From Escherichia phage EcWhh-1: a stretch of 64,000 nt of DNA. Below are positions 25,930 to 34,122 of the stretch, piece after piece; within the stretch, counting starts at the first letter, position 1; the number at the start of each line of letters is the position of its first letter. Position numbers and translations under genes: made by a program. Location of the stretch: the sequence record MH791409.1. One strand, written 5' to 3'. The notes below the pieces were generated by a model. That model did not search any database. It saw only the letters and a program-made list of their open reading frames with translations, and had not been told where the DNA came from.

Positions 25930-26379
25930 TCAAAAGAGCGAATCTAAAACCTTAAACATCGACGGACCCATGACATATTCCCATTGAGGACGTTTAATCA
26001 AGGCGAACGCATCGAATTCAGGAACCGTGCGACCATCAGGGAACGTATGGTAAGCGGTACATTTGCAATCCTTGAACTGCTCGTGTTCCACAGGCACAGT
26101 ATATAAGAACAGATGTAGATTCTTATTGCTTGAATATTTGAACTCACCTAGGTCTTTCAGGAACGCAGGATCGTATGCTGTGAATCCGATCTCTTCTTCG
26201 GTTTCACGCATTGCCGCTTGAATAGGCTCTTCGCCCGGTTCGACATGGCCTTTAGGAATGTCCCATTTATGACGCATGTTCTCTGGATTACGAGAGCCTG
26301 TTACACGACCCATAACTAGTTCTTTATCAACGGTCATGAATAAAATACCGGCAGATAATTCTTTCGCTTTCTTACTCAT
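25930..26379 (-). CDS. nudE: Nudix hydrolase NudE (e.1)
   Basis: Nudix box GHVEPGEEPIQAAMRETEEEIG; start moved to ATG 26379 (MSKKAKELSAGILF). Confidence 0.8.
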   Translation of the reverse strand: MSKKAKELSAGILFMTVDKELVMGRVTGSRNPENMRHKWDIPKGHVEPGEEPIQAAMRETEEEIGFTAYDPAFLKDLGEFKYSSNKNLHLFLYTVPVEHEQFKDCKCTAYHTFPDGRTVPEFDAFALIKRPQWEYVMGPSMFKVLDSLF

Positions 26380-26608
26380 CGTCTCGTTCCCATGATTGTT
26401 TAAAGATATCTCGTATAATAATTTCAACACATGTTTCTGTTGACGGACTTTCACTATCAGATATTTGGACCATATAATCAGAAATAGGTCGGAACATATC
26501 CAAGTCGCTTTCTAAATCTTCTTTGATTTTCTCTTCTGATGTTCCGGTGTCATAGGAATACAGATAAGAATCACATGACTCGGATTTAATATAAATTGCA
26601 ATACTCAT
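26372..26608 (-). CDS. Hypothetical acidic protein, 78 aa
   Basis: ORF. Confidence 0.45.
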   Translation of the reverse strand: MSIAIYIKSESCDSYLYSYDTGTSEEKIKEDLESDLDMFRPISDYMVQISDSESPSTETCVEIIIRDIFKQSWERDDE

Positions 26609-27192
26609 TTACGGCATTCCTCAATAAAGGAGTTCAATGTATTTTTCTTGGTGTTATCATCATATACCTTTTTAACTTTAGAAATACGAAAAGGTACTTC
26701 GATAACCGAGGTCCATAAAAATGACGCAATAAGACCTGAGATAGCCGCAGACATCGCTGAAGCAAATACACAAATAGGCAGGTCATTATCTGTTTTCAGG
26801 AAAAACCAAAGGAGTGGAAAAAATAATATTCCCATCCAAACATAGAACCTAGAACTCACTAATTTGTCATATTCGTCACTCCATGCACGAAAGCCGTATT
26901 TTTTGCTATAACAAATCAATGGGTCGGGTGTCTGTTCTTTGAGTGGTTCTGGTTGCCAACCGTTTACGATATAGCCCATTTTATATTCCTCAATTAAAAG
27001 CCGTTTCATTTCAGCAGTACAACCGGACCAATCTATCGTACTAGCTGGAATTCCTTCATCGCCATCATCAATATTTCGCCAAGACTTTTTAATAACCATA
27101 TTCTCACCACTTGGGATAATAATTCCAGCATTTTCCGACCGACGGATGAAGTTTGCATCAATACCCATACACCCAGGTTCATAAAGGGCCAT
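26605..27192 (-). CDS. Hypothetical protein with C-terminal membrane segments, 195 aa
   Basis: hydrophobic stretches in C-terminal third. Confidence 0.5.
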   Translation of the reverse strand: MALYEPGCMGIDANFIRRSENAGIIIPSGENMVIKKSWRNIDDGDEGIPASTIDWSGCTAEMKRLLIEEYKMGYIVNGWQPEPLKEQTPDPLICYSKKYGFRAWSDEYDKLVSSRFYVWMGILFFPLLWFFLKTDNDLPICVFASAMSAAISGLIASFLWTSVIEVPFRISKVKKVYDDNTKKNTLNSFIEECRK

Positions 27193-27878
27193 TACCAGCC
27201 CTCCATAGGAAATTCCAGATAAACTTGAGCATTAACACGGATTTCATTAGTAATCTTTTTAACACGGTCGGTATTACGAGAGACACGACCAAACCAGCGC
27301 CAACCGTTACTTACTGCACGAGAACCTGTATGCCATGTCTGCCAATCAAACTGGAGTAACGTGCGGTCAGGGGCATCCCACTTGGTTAATTCATTAGACT
27401 CAATTTTTTCCAGAACTTCTTTATGCCACTGGCGATAGATAAGTTCGCCTTCAGGAATCTGGCTAAATTGTGCAGTTCCGGTTGCAAAATAAGTAGGACA
27501 CACATCAGCGTTAACAAGACCGAGAATATGTTCAGAATGGTAACGAGGATTATCATAATCAGGTTGCCCTGCGGTAATAAAGTGCTGGCCAACCGGAATA
27601 TCCGGACGCGGTACATCATCATGATGATAACCTGGGATAGCAGGGTACCAACCAGGCATCAGCATATGAACACGAGAATCAAATACAACCTGGTCGGTGT
27701 TCCAATCATCTGGTAGGTTCATGATGAAGCTGCGGGTAATAGGTCCGCCATTATCAAAAGCGAAGGCTAACGAGCTGTTGAAGAACATAGGTTCGTTTTT
27801 GATTTTATCATTAGAAATTTTACCAGCGAAACCGCCTACTGCACGAGCTTTAGAATTAAAAGTTTTTGGACCGTTCAT
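27192..27878 (-). CDS. Hypothetical protein, 228 aa
   Basis: ORF; His/Asp-rich segment GYHHDDVPRP; no family assigned. Confidence 0.55.
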   Translation of the reverse strand: MNGPKTFNSKARAVGGFAGKISNDKIKNEPMFFNSSLAFAFDNGGPITRSFIMNLPDDWNTDQVVFDSRVHMLMPGWYPAIPGYHHDDVPRPDIPVGQHFITAGQPDYDNPRYHSEHILGLVNADVCPTYFATGTAQFSQIPEGELIYRQWHKEVLEKIESNELTKWDAPDRTLLQFDWQTWHTGSRAVSNGWRWFGRVSRNTDRVKKITNEIRVNAQVYLEFPMEGW

Positions 27879-27892
27879 AATATTTTCCTCAC

Positions 27893-28105
27893 TTACTTTT
27901 TGTTGAAAAAGTACATTTTACCTTTAGGGGACAAGGATACACGAAGTGCATTACCAATACCAACTGAACATTTAACCAGGTCAGCAGATTTCAATTCACC
28001 AAATGCTTGACGAAGGTCTCCATCACGAGTGTTAACCATCAGGCATTTAGCACCAGCTGCACGAACTTCGTTTAACATGTTGATTGCTTGATTAGAAAGT
28101 TTCAT
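27893..28105 (-). CDS. Hypothetical protein, about 70 aa
   Basis: start moved to ATG 28105 with SD GGAG; ORF-track N-terminus runs through the promoter cassette. Confidence 0.45.
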   Translation of the reverse strand: MKLSNQAINMLNEVRAAGAKCLMVNTRDGDLRQAFGELKSADLVKCSVGIGNALRVSLSPKGKMYFFNKK

Positions 28106-28130
28106 TTTATTCTCCATTTCACTCTGTTGT

Positions 28131-28173
28131 TTTGATAGGTCTATAGTATCACACCTATAGACCTTGTAAACAA
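28131..28173 (-). promoter_or_regulatory. PeSL-like early promoter cassette (GTTTAC, 17 bp, TACTAT; stem AGGTCTATAG/CTATAGACCT)
   Basis: minus strand GTTTACAAGGTCTATAGGTGTGATACTATAGACCTATCAAAAC. Confidence 0.55.
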
Positions 28174-28183
28174 TTTTATGCAA

Positions 28184-29143
28184 TTATTTTTCGAAAGGAC
28201 GAATTAAATGATGGTTATCTTGGAATCGTTTGATGTAGTCACTTTCACCTAAAGTCTTGTACATATTAACCACAGCTTGGTAGTTTTCCCATGCATAAGT
28301 GCGGAACCAACCTGAAGTGATTGAGGTACACACTTTCTCAAGAGCCATATAGAAACTTAATGATGGTGAAATATTGAAGTCATTAGGAACCTGTGAACGT
28401 TCTAGTGCCAGGACACAAGTTTCTTCATATACACCAGCCAGTTTAATAGCTTCAGGCAAAGCCTCGAACTTCTCACGAGAGGTCATGACTTCAGAACCTT
28501 CCTTCATATAAAAGGTATATGCAGGGCGCCCTGCCAATGCCACTGCTTCATGGATAGAGTCGTGGTCTAGCGTATAAATGGTATCGTTAAAGAACGATGA
28601 TTTGTTTACATCCAATTTAGGGTGCTTGTAGCTCAACGTTTCTTTTTGACGTTGCAGCATAATTTCCTGGAGTTCTTCGTTCAGGGTGATACCTTTATTA
28701 CGAAGGTATTTGATGTGGGACATAGTTTTCAGGAAGAAAGGATTATTCTTCAGGAAACGATGAGAGGTTTTGATAGCCAGACAGATATCAGGCGTGGCCC
28801 AATAAAAGCCTGTCATACGGTCCTTTTTAATATGATTTTCAGCATATTTTAGGAGACGATAACTTGAGGTGAAATCTTCGTCTTGAAGCTCACCGGTGAT
28901 TTCTCGTACGTTAGTCAGAGCACGAACGATATATGCTTCAAAATAGGTTTCTTTACCGTTGTACATGCATTTAAAAGCCTGGACATCAGGGTTATCCACA
29001 GGAACATGGGCGCCGAACATCCGAGCTTTAAAGTGGTTCCATGAGCCTTGGTCGGCAATGAAATCCCAATCAGAATTTTCGATATACTTACTTTCAATCA
29101 GACCAGCGTGGTGCAGTGCACGAGAACCAATAACTAACATCAT
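28184..29143 (-). CDS. Hypothetical protein, 319 aa
   Basis: SD AGGAAAAT + ATG; no motif recognised. Confidence 0.55.
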   Translation of the reverse strand: MMLVIGSRALHHAGLIESKYIENSDWDFIADQGSWNHFKARMFGAHVPVDNPDVQAFKCMYNGKETYFEAYIVRALTNVREITGELQDEDFTSSYRLLKYAENHIKKDRMTGFYWATPDICLAIKTSHRFLKNNPFFLKTMSHIKYLRNKGITLNEELQEIMLQRQKETLSYKHPKLDVNKSSFFNDTIYTLDHDSIHEAVALAGRPAYTFYMKEGSEVMTSREKFEALPEAIKLAGVYEETCVLALERSQVPNDFNISPSLSFYMALEKVCTSITSGWFRTYAWENYQAVVNMYKTLGESDYIKRFQDNHHLIRPFEK

Positions 29144-29156
29144 AATATTTTCCTCA

Positions 29157-29324
29157 TTAGTAGAGACGAGTTACTTCATATTTACCTAGTTCAGATTTTT
29201 TTGCTTCAACACGCGTGGCAGCGAGATTAGCGGCCTCTAGTGAAGAAAATTGAAGCACTTGTGAAGTATTCTGCCTTACGCCACCTTGTGGGTGAGTAAC
29301 AAAAACAATAAGAACATTATACAT
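29157..29324 (-). CDS. Hypothetical protein, 55 aa (MYNVLIVFVTHPQGG...)
   Basis: SD GAGGAAAA + ATG 29324; below ORF-track cutoff. Confidence 0.4.
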   Translation of the reverse strand: MYNVLIVFVTHPQGGVRQNTSQVLQFSSLEAANLAATRVEAKKSELGKYEVTRLY

Positions 29325-29345
29325 AATATTTTCCTCAGAGTAAAC

Positions 29346-29585
29346 TTAAATTTCGGCAACGTAAGTATTATGCAATTCCCACATATCATCGGAATTACTC
29401 TCAACGATAGGAATTATCTCATTAGAAATTTCTTCTGCATAAGGGTCATTGATACAGTGGGCATCTTCAAAACGAACACCGTAATCAGACTTCTTATAGG
29501 CAAAGCCATAAATCTTTTTAAACTTGGCACGAGTAATGCGTACCGGTTCATTAGACTTATCGGACATCGGAGCGTAATACCACAT
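29346..29585 (-). CDS. Hypothetical protein, 79 aa
   Basis: SD GAGGAGAACAT + ATG. Confidence 0.5.
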   Translation of the reverse strand: MWYYAPMSDKSNEPVRITRAKFKKIYGFAYKKSDYGVRFEDAHCINDPYAEEISNEIIPIVESNSDDMWELHNTYVAEI

Positions 29586-29612
29586 ATGTTCTCCTCATGT
29601 TTGTGTAGGGTA

Positions 29613-29641
29613 ATAGTAACACGTATTTTTAGAGTTGTACA
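29613..29641 (-). promoter_or_regulatory. Early-promoter-like element (TGTACA, 17 bp, TACTAT)
   Basis: minus strand GATGTACAACTCTAAAAATACGTGTTACTATTACCC. Confidence 0.35.
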
Positions 29642-29979
29642 TCACTTCTGCAATATTCTAAAAATAATTTATCGTTGTCTACCGTATCCCAACGACGCCA
29701 AGATGGATTCCAGACCAGAGCGTTGTCACCACAATCATTGAGCTTAAAATGGTCGTAGTACATAGCTATACGTCTAGTTTCGTCACCAGAGAACCCCAGT
29801 ATAGGCTCACCATGGGTGTGATACATATGATGGTGCATTGAGAGGTCGCATTTGTAAAACATCTCACGTTTACCACGAACGAACAAGAAGGCTTGCCCAT
29901 TCATATAGAATTCTTTGTCTGTTTTCAAAAGATATTTGAATACCGAATCTTTATGCATAAATCCTCCTACCACATCCAT
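29629..29979 (-). CDS. Hypothetical protein, 116 aa
   Basis: ORF; His-rich. Confidence 0.5.
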   Translation of the reverse strand: MDVVGGFMHKDSVFKYLLKTDKEFYMNGQAFLFVRGKREMFYKCDLSMHHHMYHTHGEPILGFSGDETRRIAMYYDHFKLNDCGDNALVWNPSWRRWDTVDNDKLFLEYCRSDVQL

Positions 29980-29988
29980 GTGGTTAAA

Positions 29989-30216
29989 TTATTTTCCTAA
30001 CGAAACACGAGTAGGTTTTTTACCAAAATAGTCTTCGTAAGAACCATCTAAACGACCTGCTTTAGACCGACAATACGAATCATACTTTTTGTAATAAGTC
30101 ATCTCAGTATTATAACGTGGGTGTCTATCGGCCATAATAATACTTAGTGGCCAACCTTTGGCATAATCGCGAAGACCGTTTATTTTACGAATGTATCGTT
30201 TTTTCAATTTTAGCAT
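29989..30216 (-). CDS. Hypothetical basic protein, 75 aa
   Basis: ORF. Confidence 0.45.
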   Translation of the reverse strand: MLKLKKRYIRKINGLRDYAKGWPLSIIMADRHPRYNTEMTYYKKYDSYCRSKAGRLDGSYEDYFGKKPTRVSLGK

Positions 30217-30434
30217 GAGCTTGGGTACCAGATTTCACCATCGGCACGAGCAACGAAGGTGCGACCAGCTTCTTCACCATAACAAGAGCTATTCAGCCAA
30301 TCTTCGAGACGAACTTCACCGTCATAATCGTCGAGCTCAACACCAAAATCCTGAGCAGAAGCCATATCTTTTACTTTCTTATACAGTGCAGCCAGTTCAA
30401 GTGCCGCTTTTTCTAATTCATTAATAGTAGTCAT
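30210..30434 (-). CDS. C-terminal-Cys family member E (ends ...EIWYPSSC), about 74 aa
   Basis: start moved to ATG 30434 with SD AAGGTGA; helical N-terminus; tail resembles the four upstream paralogues. Confidence 0.5.
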   Translation of the reverse strand: MTTINELEKAALELAALYKKVKDMASAQDFGVELDDYDGEVRLEDWLNSSCYGEEAGRTFVARADGEIWYPSSC

Positions 30435-30444
30435 TTTTATCACC

Positions 30445-30654
30445 TTAGCAAGACATAGAGGAGCTAAACCAGAAACCTTCACCTTCAGGAATACCGTAAT
30501 CATCACGGACCCATTCGTAATCATCATATTCCGGACTAGAAGCTGGAATATATTCTTCGCCACCAGCGTGGAAGTGCTGACCTGTTTCGTCAGCCACGGA
30601 CTGGCCTTTACGTACTAATTCACGGATTTGTTTTTCAATTTCATCAATAGTCAT
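30445..30654 (-). CDS. C-terminal-Cys family member A (ends ...GFWFSSSMSC), 69 aa
   Basis: acidic; stop TAA followed by GG forming TAAGG SD for next gene. Confidence 0.55.
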   Translation of the reverse strand: MTIDEIEKQIRELVRKGQSVADETGQHFHAGGEEYIPASSPEYDDYEWVRDDYGIPEGEGFWFSSSMSC

Positions 30655-30663
30655 TTTATTTCC

Positions 30664-30861
30664 TTAGCATTCGTAAGAGGAGGACACCCAGGAGCCACCT
30701 GTAATTGTAATACAGCCATTGTAAATCGTGATATGACGGTCCAGATGGTTTTCACCATCGATATAGATATCAGCTTCTTCGCGTTCTTCTTTACAAATCT
30801 GGATAACGTTTTCAATAGCTGCGGCTGCAGTACGGATTGCACAATCTAGTTCACGAGACAT
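30664..30861 (-). CDS. C-terminal-Cys family member B (ends ...GGSWVSSSYEC), 65 aa
   Basis: same junction architecture TGC-TAA-GGAAA...ATG. Confidence 0.55.
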   Translation of the reverse strand: MSRELDCAIRTAAAAIENVIQICKEEREEADIYIDGENHLDRHITIYNGCITITGGSWVSSSYEC

Positions 30862-30870
30862 AATAATTCC

Positions 30871-31152
30871 TTAACATTCAGAAGAAGAGGACACCCAACC
30901 ACCATTTTCTAGGCTGGTAGTGTAATCATGTTGGTTTACAATAGCGTACTGAGCTTCACCGTATTCTTCCCAGTGGGCAAGGTCGGCTTTCAGGGCGCCA
31001 GGAGAATAATAGTCACCGCCCATACCGCGAGCAGGGTATATATTAAAATGAGTCTCATATTTGTTAGCAATTTCCTCAGCACGTCGAATAGCTTTATGGA
31101 TATCATTTACTGCTTTGGCCAGCTCTTTATTTTTACGGTAATCATTCATCAT
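30871..31152 (-). CDS. C-terminal-Cys family member C (ends ...NGGWVSSSSEC), 93 aa
   Basis: same junction architecture. Confidence 0.55.
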   Translation of the reverse strand: MMNDYRKNKELAKAVNDIHKAIRRAEEIANKYETHFNIYPARGMGGDYYSPGALKADLAHWEEYGEAQYAIVNQHDYTTSLENGGWVSSSSEC

Positions 31153-31161
31153 AGTGTTTCC

Positions 31162-31452
31162 TTAGCACATTGCTGAAGAGGAGACCCAAGCACCAACTGT
31201 AACGACACCATTTTCAACTTCACCGCCGTTGTTTTCAATTTCATCTTTAAACCACTGGGAGCATTCATAACCGACAGGATAATATGTACGGCCTGAACCA
31301 TAATCACCGGTGCCGAATTGGATACCATACTTATCGGCAATAGCTTCGCATTCATGTTCGATGGCATCTACTTTATTCAGAAGAGCATAGATAGCCTTTT
31401 CTGCAGATTTCTCGTCATTGTGTTCTGGGATTTCAATTTCAATTTTATTCAT
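31162..31452 (-). CDS. C-terminal-Cys family member D (ends ...VGAWVSSSAMC), 96 aa
   Basis: ATGA overlap with upstream membrane-protein gene; same tail. Confidence 0.55.
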   Translation of the reverse strand: MNKIEIEIPEHNDEKSAEKAIYALLNKVDAIEHECEAIADKYGIQFGTGDYGSGRTYYPVGYECSQWFKDEIENNGGEVENGVVTVGAWVSSSAMC

Positions 31453-31802
31453 GATTTACATTCCTTAATAAAGGTTTCAAGGTCATTACGTTTAGTTTGT
31501 TTTACATACTCATTATAATTAGCCATCTCTAAAGCATATCTCTTACGGATGGGAGCATTCAAAGCATTTGTATGGCAAATATCATACACGAGAGGGATAA
31601 AATAGGCCACAACTGCTGGAGCGATTATCATATAGAAACCCATCTCAATAGGTGTGACTCCTTCGATTACAGCCATAACCACGGTCATTACCAGGCCAAT
31701 TAGGCCACCAAGCATGGCTGTAACAATCCCTAATAATAAATTGGCACCAATATCATATTCAGCCAATTGATAAACATGCGATGAAAGACTAGGCCGTTCC
31801 AT
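31449..31802 (-). CDS. Membrane protein, about 117 aa
   Basis: start moved to ATG 31802 with SD AAGAGG; multiple hydrophobic helices. Confidence 0.5.
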   Translation of the reverse strand: MERPSLSSHVYQLAEYDIGANLLLGIVTAMLGGLIGLVMTVVMAVIEGVTPIEMGFYMIIAPAVVAYFIPLVYDICHTNALNAPIRKRYALEMANYNEYVKQTKRNDLETFIKECKS

Positions 31803-32331
31803 TTTGAACCTCTTTAGCGTATTCACGGCATTCAGCAATAAAGCGATTAAGCTTCCGTTGTTGTTTACGACTTTCTAATGTGTACTCAGCAGTTAAGATA
31901 CCAAGCTCGGCTTTATCATAATTTTTAATATCAGTGTAAGATGGTCGACGGTCGACCATTCCAAATACATCACCATTTTCTAAAGCCACATAGCATACTA
32001 AATGGTAATCATCGTCTGCCATATTAAGAAGCACACAATCATCGCTCTCATTTAAAGAATATACTGAATAACGTAGTCCAGCGAATTCCACTCGTTGAAT
32101 AGTCAGATTTACGTCAATAATTTCCAAAGCATCTTCAAAAGAAAGGTCTTCAGCTAAAGCAAAAATAAAAGGTAATTTGGTAGTATCGCCACGGCTAGAT
32201 GTTCTGCTTAAGAAATCGTTTGAATAGCCTAGGTCTTGGCGAATTCTATAAAGAACTGAATTGGTTTCATGGGAAAGACCACTATTTTTAAACCAATCAA
32301 TATTTGATATAAGGTTATCATATAAACTCAT
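31789..32331 (-). CDS. Hypothetical protein, 180 aa
   Basis: SD GGAGGAGAGGAGAA + ATG. Confidence 0.55.
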   Translation of the reverse strand: MSLYDNLISNIDWFKNSGLSHETNSVLYRIRQDLGYSNDFLSRTSSRGDTTKLPFIFALAEDLSFEDALEIIDVNLTIQRVEFAGLRYSVYSLNESDDCVLLNMADDDYHLVCYVALENGDVFGMVDRRPSYTDIKNYDKAELGILTAEYTLESRKQQRKLNRFIAECREYAKEVQNGTA

Positions 32332-32354
32332 AATATTCTCCTCTCCTCCAAATA

Positions 32355-32372
32355 GGGAGACCGAAGTCTCCC
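32355..32372 (-). promoter_or_regulatory. Intergenic stem-loop GGGAGAC-CGAA-GTCTCCC
   Basis: perfect 7-bp stem with tetraloop between two genes; same core as hairpin at 33415-33430. Confidence 0.35.
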
Positions 32373-32379
32373 GGTAATA

Positions 32380-32973
32380 TTACTTAAGTGAATTAATGTA
32401 GTCTTCGATATCGGCTGAAGTCGTATCCATTCCAACTTGTGGGCCTTTAAACGTTTCTACACGCAGCAGGGTATCTTCAATATCAATCTTAGTCAGTGCA
32501 GCGATTTCAACCACATCATCGGCAGTAGCAATACCAAGGGCAGCCATATTACGAGTTTCACGGATGTACTCGAGCTTAACAGCCAGTTCTTGACGAGAGT
32601 CATCAAGTTCCTTGACCTTCAGTTTAATTTCATTACGCATTTCGATATAATCGTCTGCTTTCTTACGAAGTTGATTAGCGGTACGACGATAAAGGAGGCC
32701 TAGTTTAGCATGCACCTGAACATCGGCGCCTTCTTTAATCAGTTTACGAATTTCACGTTCTTTAGAAGCAGCGAGCTGGTCTTTTTCATTTGCCAATGCA
32801 CGAATGCGTTTTTCTTCATTCACCGACTTAACATGAGCAGTCTGAAGTTCGGTAATTTTATCAATCAGGGTAGAAGCAGCTTTAGTATACTGGTCTTCAA
32901 TTGACAGGTTCTGAGTCATTGCGGTACCCAGTTTAGAACGGATGAACTCAACAATTTTCTTTAAAGTATTCAT
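32380..32973 (-). CDS. Coiled-coil protein, about 197 aa
   Basis: start moved to ATG 32973 ([10 protein letters not shown]) with SD GAAGGAAA; ORF-track N-terminus overlaps promoter; heptad-rich. Confidence 0.5.
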   Translation of the reverse strand: MNTLKKIVEFIRSKLGTAMTQNLSIEDQYTKAASTLIDKITELQTAHVKSVNEEKRIRALANEKDQLAASKEREIRKLIKEGADVQVHAKLGLLYRRTANQLRKKADDYIEMRNEIKLKVKELDDSRQELAVKLEYIRETRNMAALGIATADDVVEIAALTKIDIEDTLLRVETFKGPQVGMDTTSADIEDYINSLK

Positions 32974-33009
32974 AGTATTTCCTTCAGTTGGTTGGTATTT
33001 TGTAATCCA

Positions 33010-33046
33010 TGAGGACATTATACCCTGTCCTCTGAGGGTTGTAAAC
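33010..33046 (-). promoter_or_regulatory. Early promoter (GTTTAC, 18 bp, TATAAT)
   Basis: minus strand GTTTACAACCCTCAGAGGACAGGGTATAATG. Confidence 0.55.
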
Positions 33047-33048
33047 AA

Positions 33049-33312
33049 TTATTTCATATTATTGAAATAATCTTCCGCATCAAAATCATTATCGTGATAA
33101 ACTTTGGTCGACAATTTAACGTACCCTTCAGCAGCAAACATATTAACCACAACCTTTACGGTATACCACTGCCCATCGTCATTACCCATTACTGCGTAAG
33201 TTTCAAATATAGGATGGTCATCACCTATAACTTTAATATCGTTTACTGTAGCACCAAATTCTTCAGGAACGCATTTCATAAAGAAATTAAACAATTCACC
33301 ATAATTATCCAT
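33049..33312 (-). CDS. Hypothetical protein, about 87 aa
   Basis: start moved to ATG 33312 with SD GAAGGAGAG. Confidence 0.5.
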   Translation of the reverse strand: MDNYGELFNFFMKCVPEEFGATVNDIKVIGDDHPIFETYAVMGNDDGQWYTVKVVVNMFAAEGYVKLSTKVYHDNDFDAEDYFNNMK

Positions 33313-33329
33313 TTTACTCTCCTTCACTC

Positions 33330-33376
33330 TGTTGTTTTGATAGGTCTATAGTATCACGTTTAAAGGAGGTGTAAAC
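33330..33376 (-). promoter_or_regulatory. Early promoter cassette (GTTTAC, 17 bp, TACTAT, TAGACCTATCAAAAC)
   Basis: minus strand GTTTACACCTCCTTTAAACGTGATACTATAGACCTATCAAAACAACAGAGTGAAGGAG. Confidence 0.55.
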
Positions 33377-33410
33377 AACTTTGTGAAATTATTTTTAGAT
33401 TAAACCCCCT

Positions 33411-33430
33411 AAAAGGAGACCGAAGTCTCC
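33411..33430 (-). terminator. Terminator-like hairpin GGAGAC-TTCG-GTCTCC followed by TTTT
   Basis: directly after stop of IPIII-like gene. Confidence 0.45.
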
Positions 33431-33435
33431 TTTCA

Positions 33436-34053
33436 TTATTTACGGGTCTTTTCGAACTGAGCGGCGTCACCTGCAAGGCGGCGGGCTTGACGAAGTTTGT
33501 TATCAATTTCTTCGTGCATAGGCTGGGTATACTTAAGGCCTTCAACCGTCAGGTAAAGACGATAGAGGTCCGGGGTATCTAGGTTGTTAATGTGTTGACC
33601 ATTACGAAGAACATTGAATTCTCGAACAAGTTGTTTAGTTTCGGATTCGATTTCCGACACTAAAGAAGCCAGCTGGTTATATTTTTTAACAATAGTGCTG
33701 GTGTCGAACTTGATTTTAGGTTTAGGAGCTTCTTTTACAGGCTCTGCTTTAGGTGTAGGTTTCGGTGCTGCAACTTTGGTCTGAGCCGCGGGTTTAGAAA
33801 CAGGAGCTTTAGCTGGTTTAGCAGGCTTAGTAGAGCCACCGGCTACGATATCTTTAAAAGCTTTGGAAGCTTTGTAATATTCTTTCTGGCTACTAGTATC
33901 AAAACCATACATATCATAAACGTTTTTAAAGAACTCGGTAGTGGTTTTAGTCCCTGAAATTTTATCATAAGCAGCTTGCCACATATCTTTAGTCATGCGC
34001 ACGCTGGCTTCATTCAGAACGCTTTCGTTCAAAAATTCATTGTAAGTTTTCAT
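33436..34053 (-). CDS. Internal protein III-like capsid-targeted protein (CTS MKTYNEFLNE), 205 aa
   Basis: CTS leader; Lys/Ala/Pro-rich central region (KPAKPAKAPVSKPAAQTKVAAPKPTPKAEPVKEAPKPK) like T4 IPIII; late promoter upstream. Confidence 0.65.
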   Translation of the reverse strand: MKTYNEFLNESVLNEASVRMTKDMWQAAYDKISGTKTTTEFFKNVYDMYGFDTSSQKEYYKASKAFKDIVAGGSTKPAKPAKAPVSKPAAQTKVAAPKPTPKAEPVKEAPKPKIKFDTSTIVKKYNQLASLVSEIESETKQLVREFNVLRNGQHINNLDTPDLYRLYLTVEGLKYTQPMHEEIDNKLRQARRLAGDAAQFEKTRK

Positions 34054-34081
34054 TATTGTTTCCTGTGTTAATTAACTTATC

Positions 34082-34089
34082 TATTTATA
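34082..34089 (-). promoter_or_regulatory. Late promoter TATAAATA
   Basis: exact TATAAATA on minus strand about 28 nt upstream of ATG 34053. Confidence 0.5.
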
Positions 34090-34117
34090 CAAAAAGGCCC
34101 AACCTTTCGGAAGGGCC
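34090..34117 (-). terminator. Rho-independent terminator (GGCCC...GGGCC stem + T-tract)
   Basis: minus strand GGCCCTTCCGAAAGGTTGGGCCTTTTTG; identical hairpin at 34712-34740. Confidence 0.55.
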
Positions 34118-34122
34118 GTAAA

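Noticed and set aside
27192-27878. Assignment of the 228-aa protein as a 2-oxoglutarate/Fe(II) oxygenase from its HHDD segment
   Set aside because: A single His/Asp cluster is not enough to assign a fold; kept as hypothetical.
33360-33545. 61-aa minus-strand ORF
   Set aside because: Runs through a terminator hairpin and the 3' end of the IPIII-like gene in another frame.
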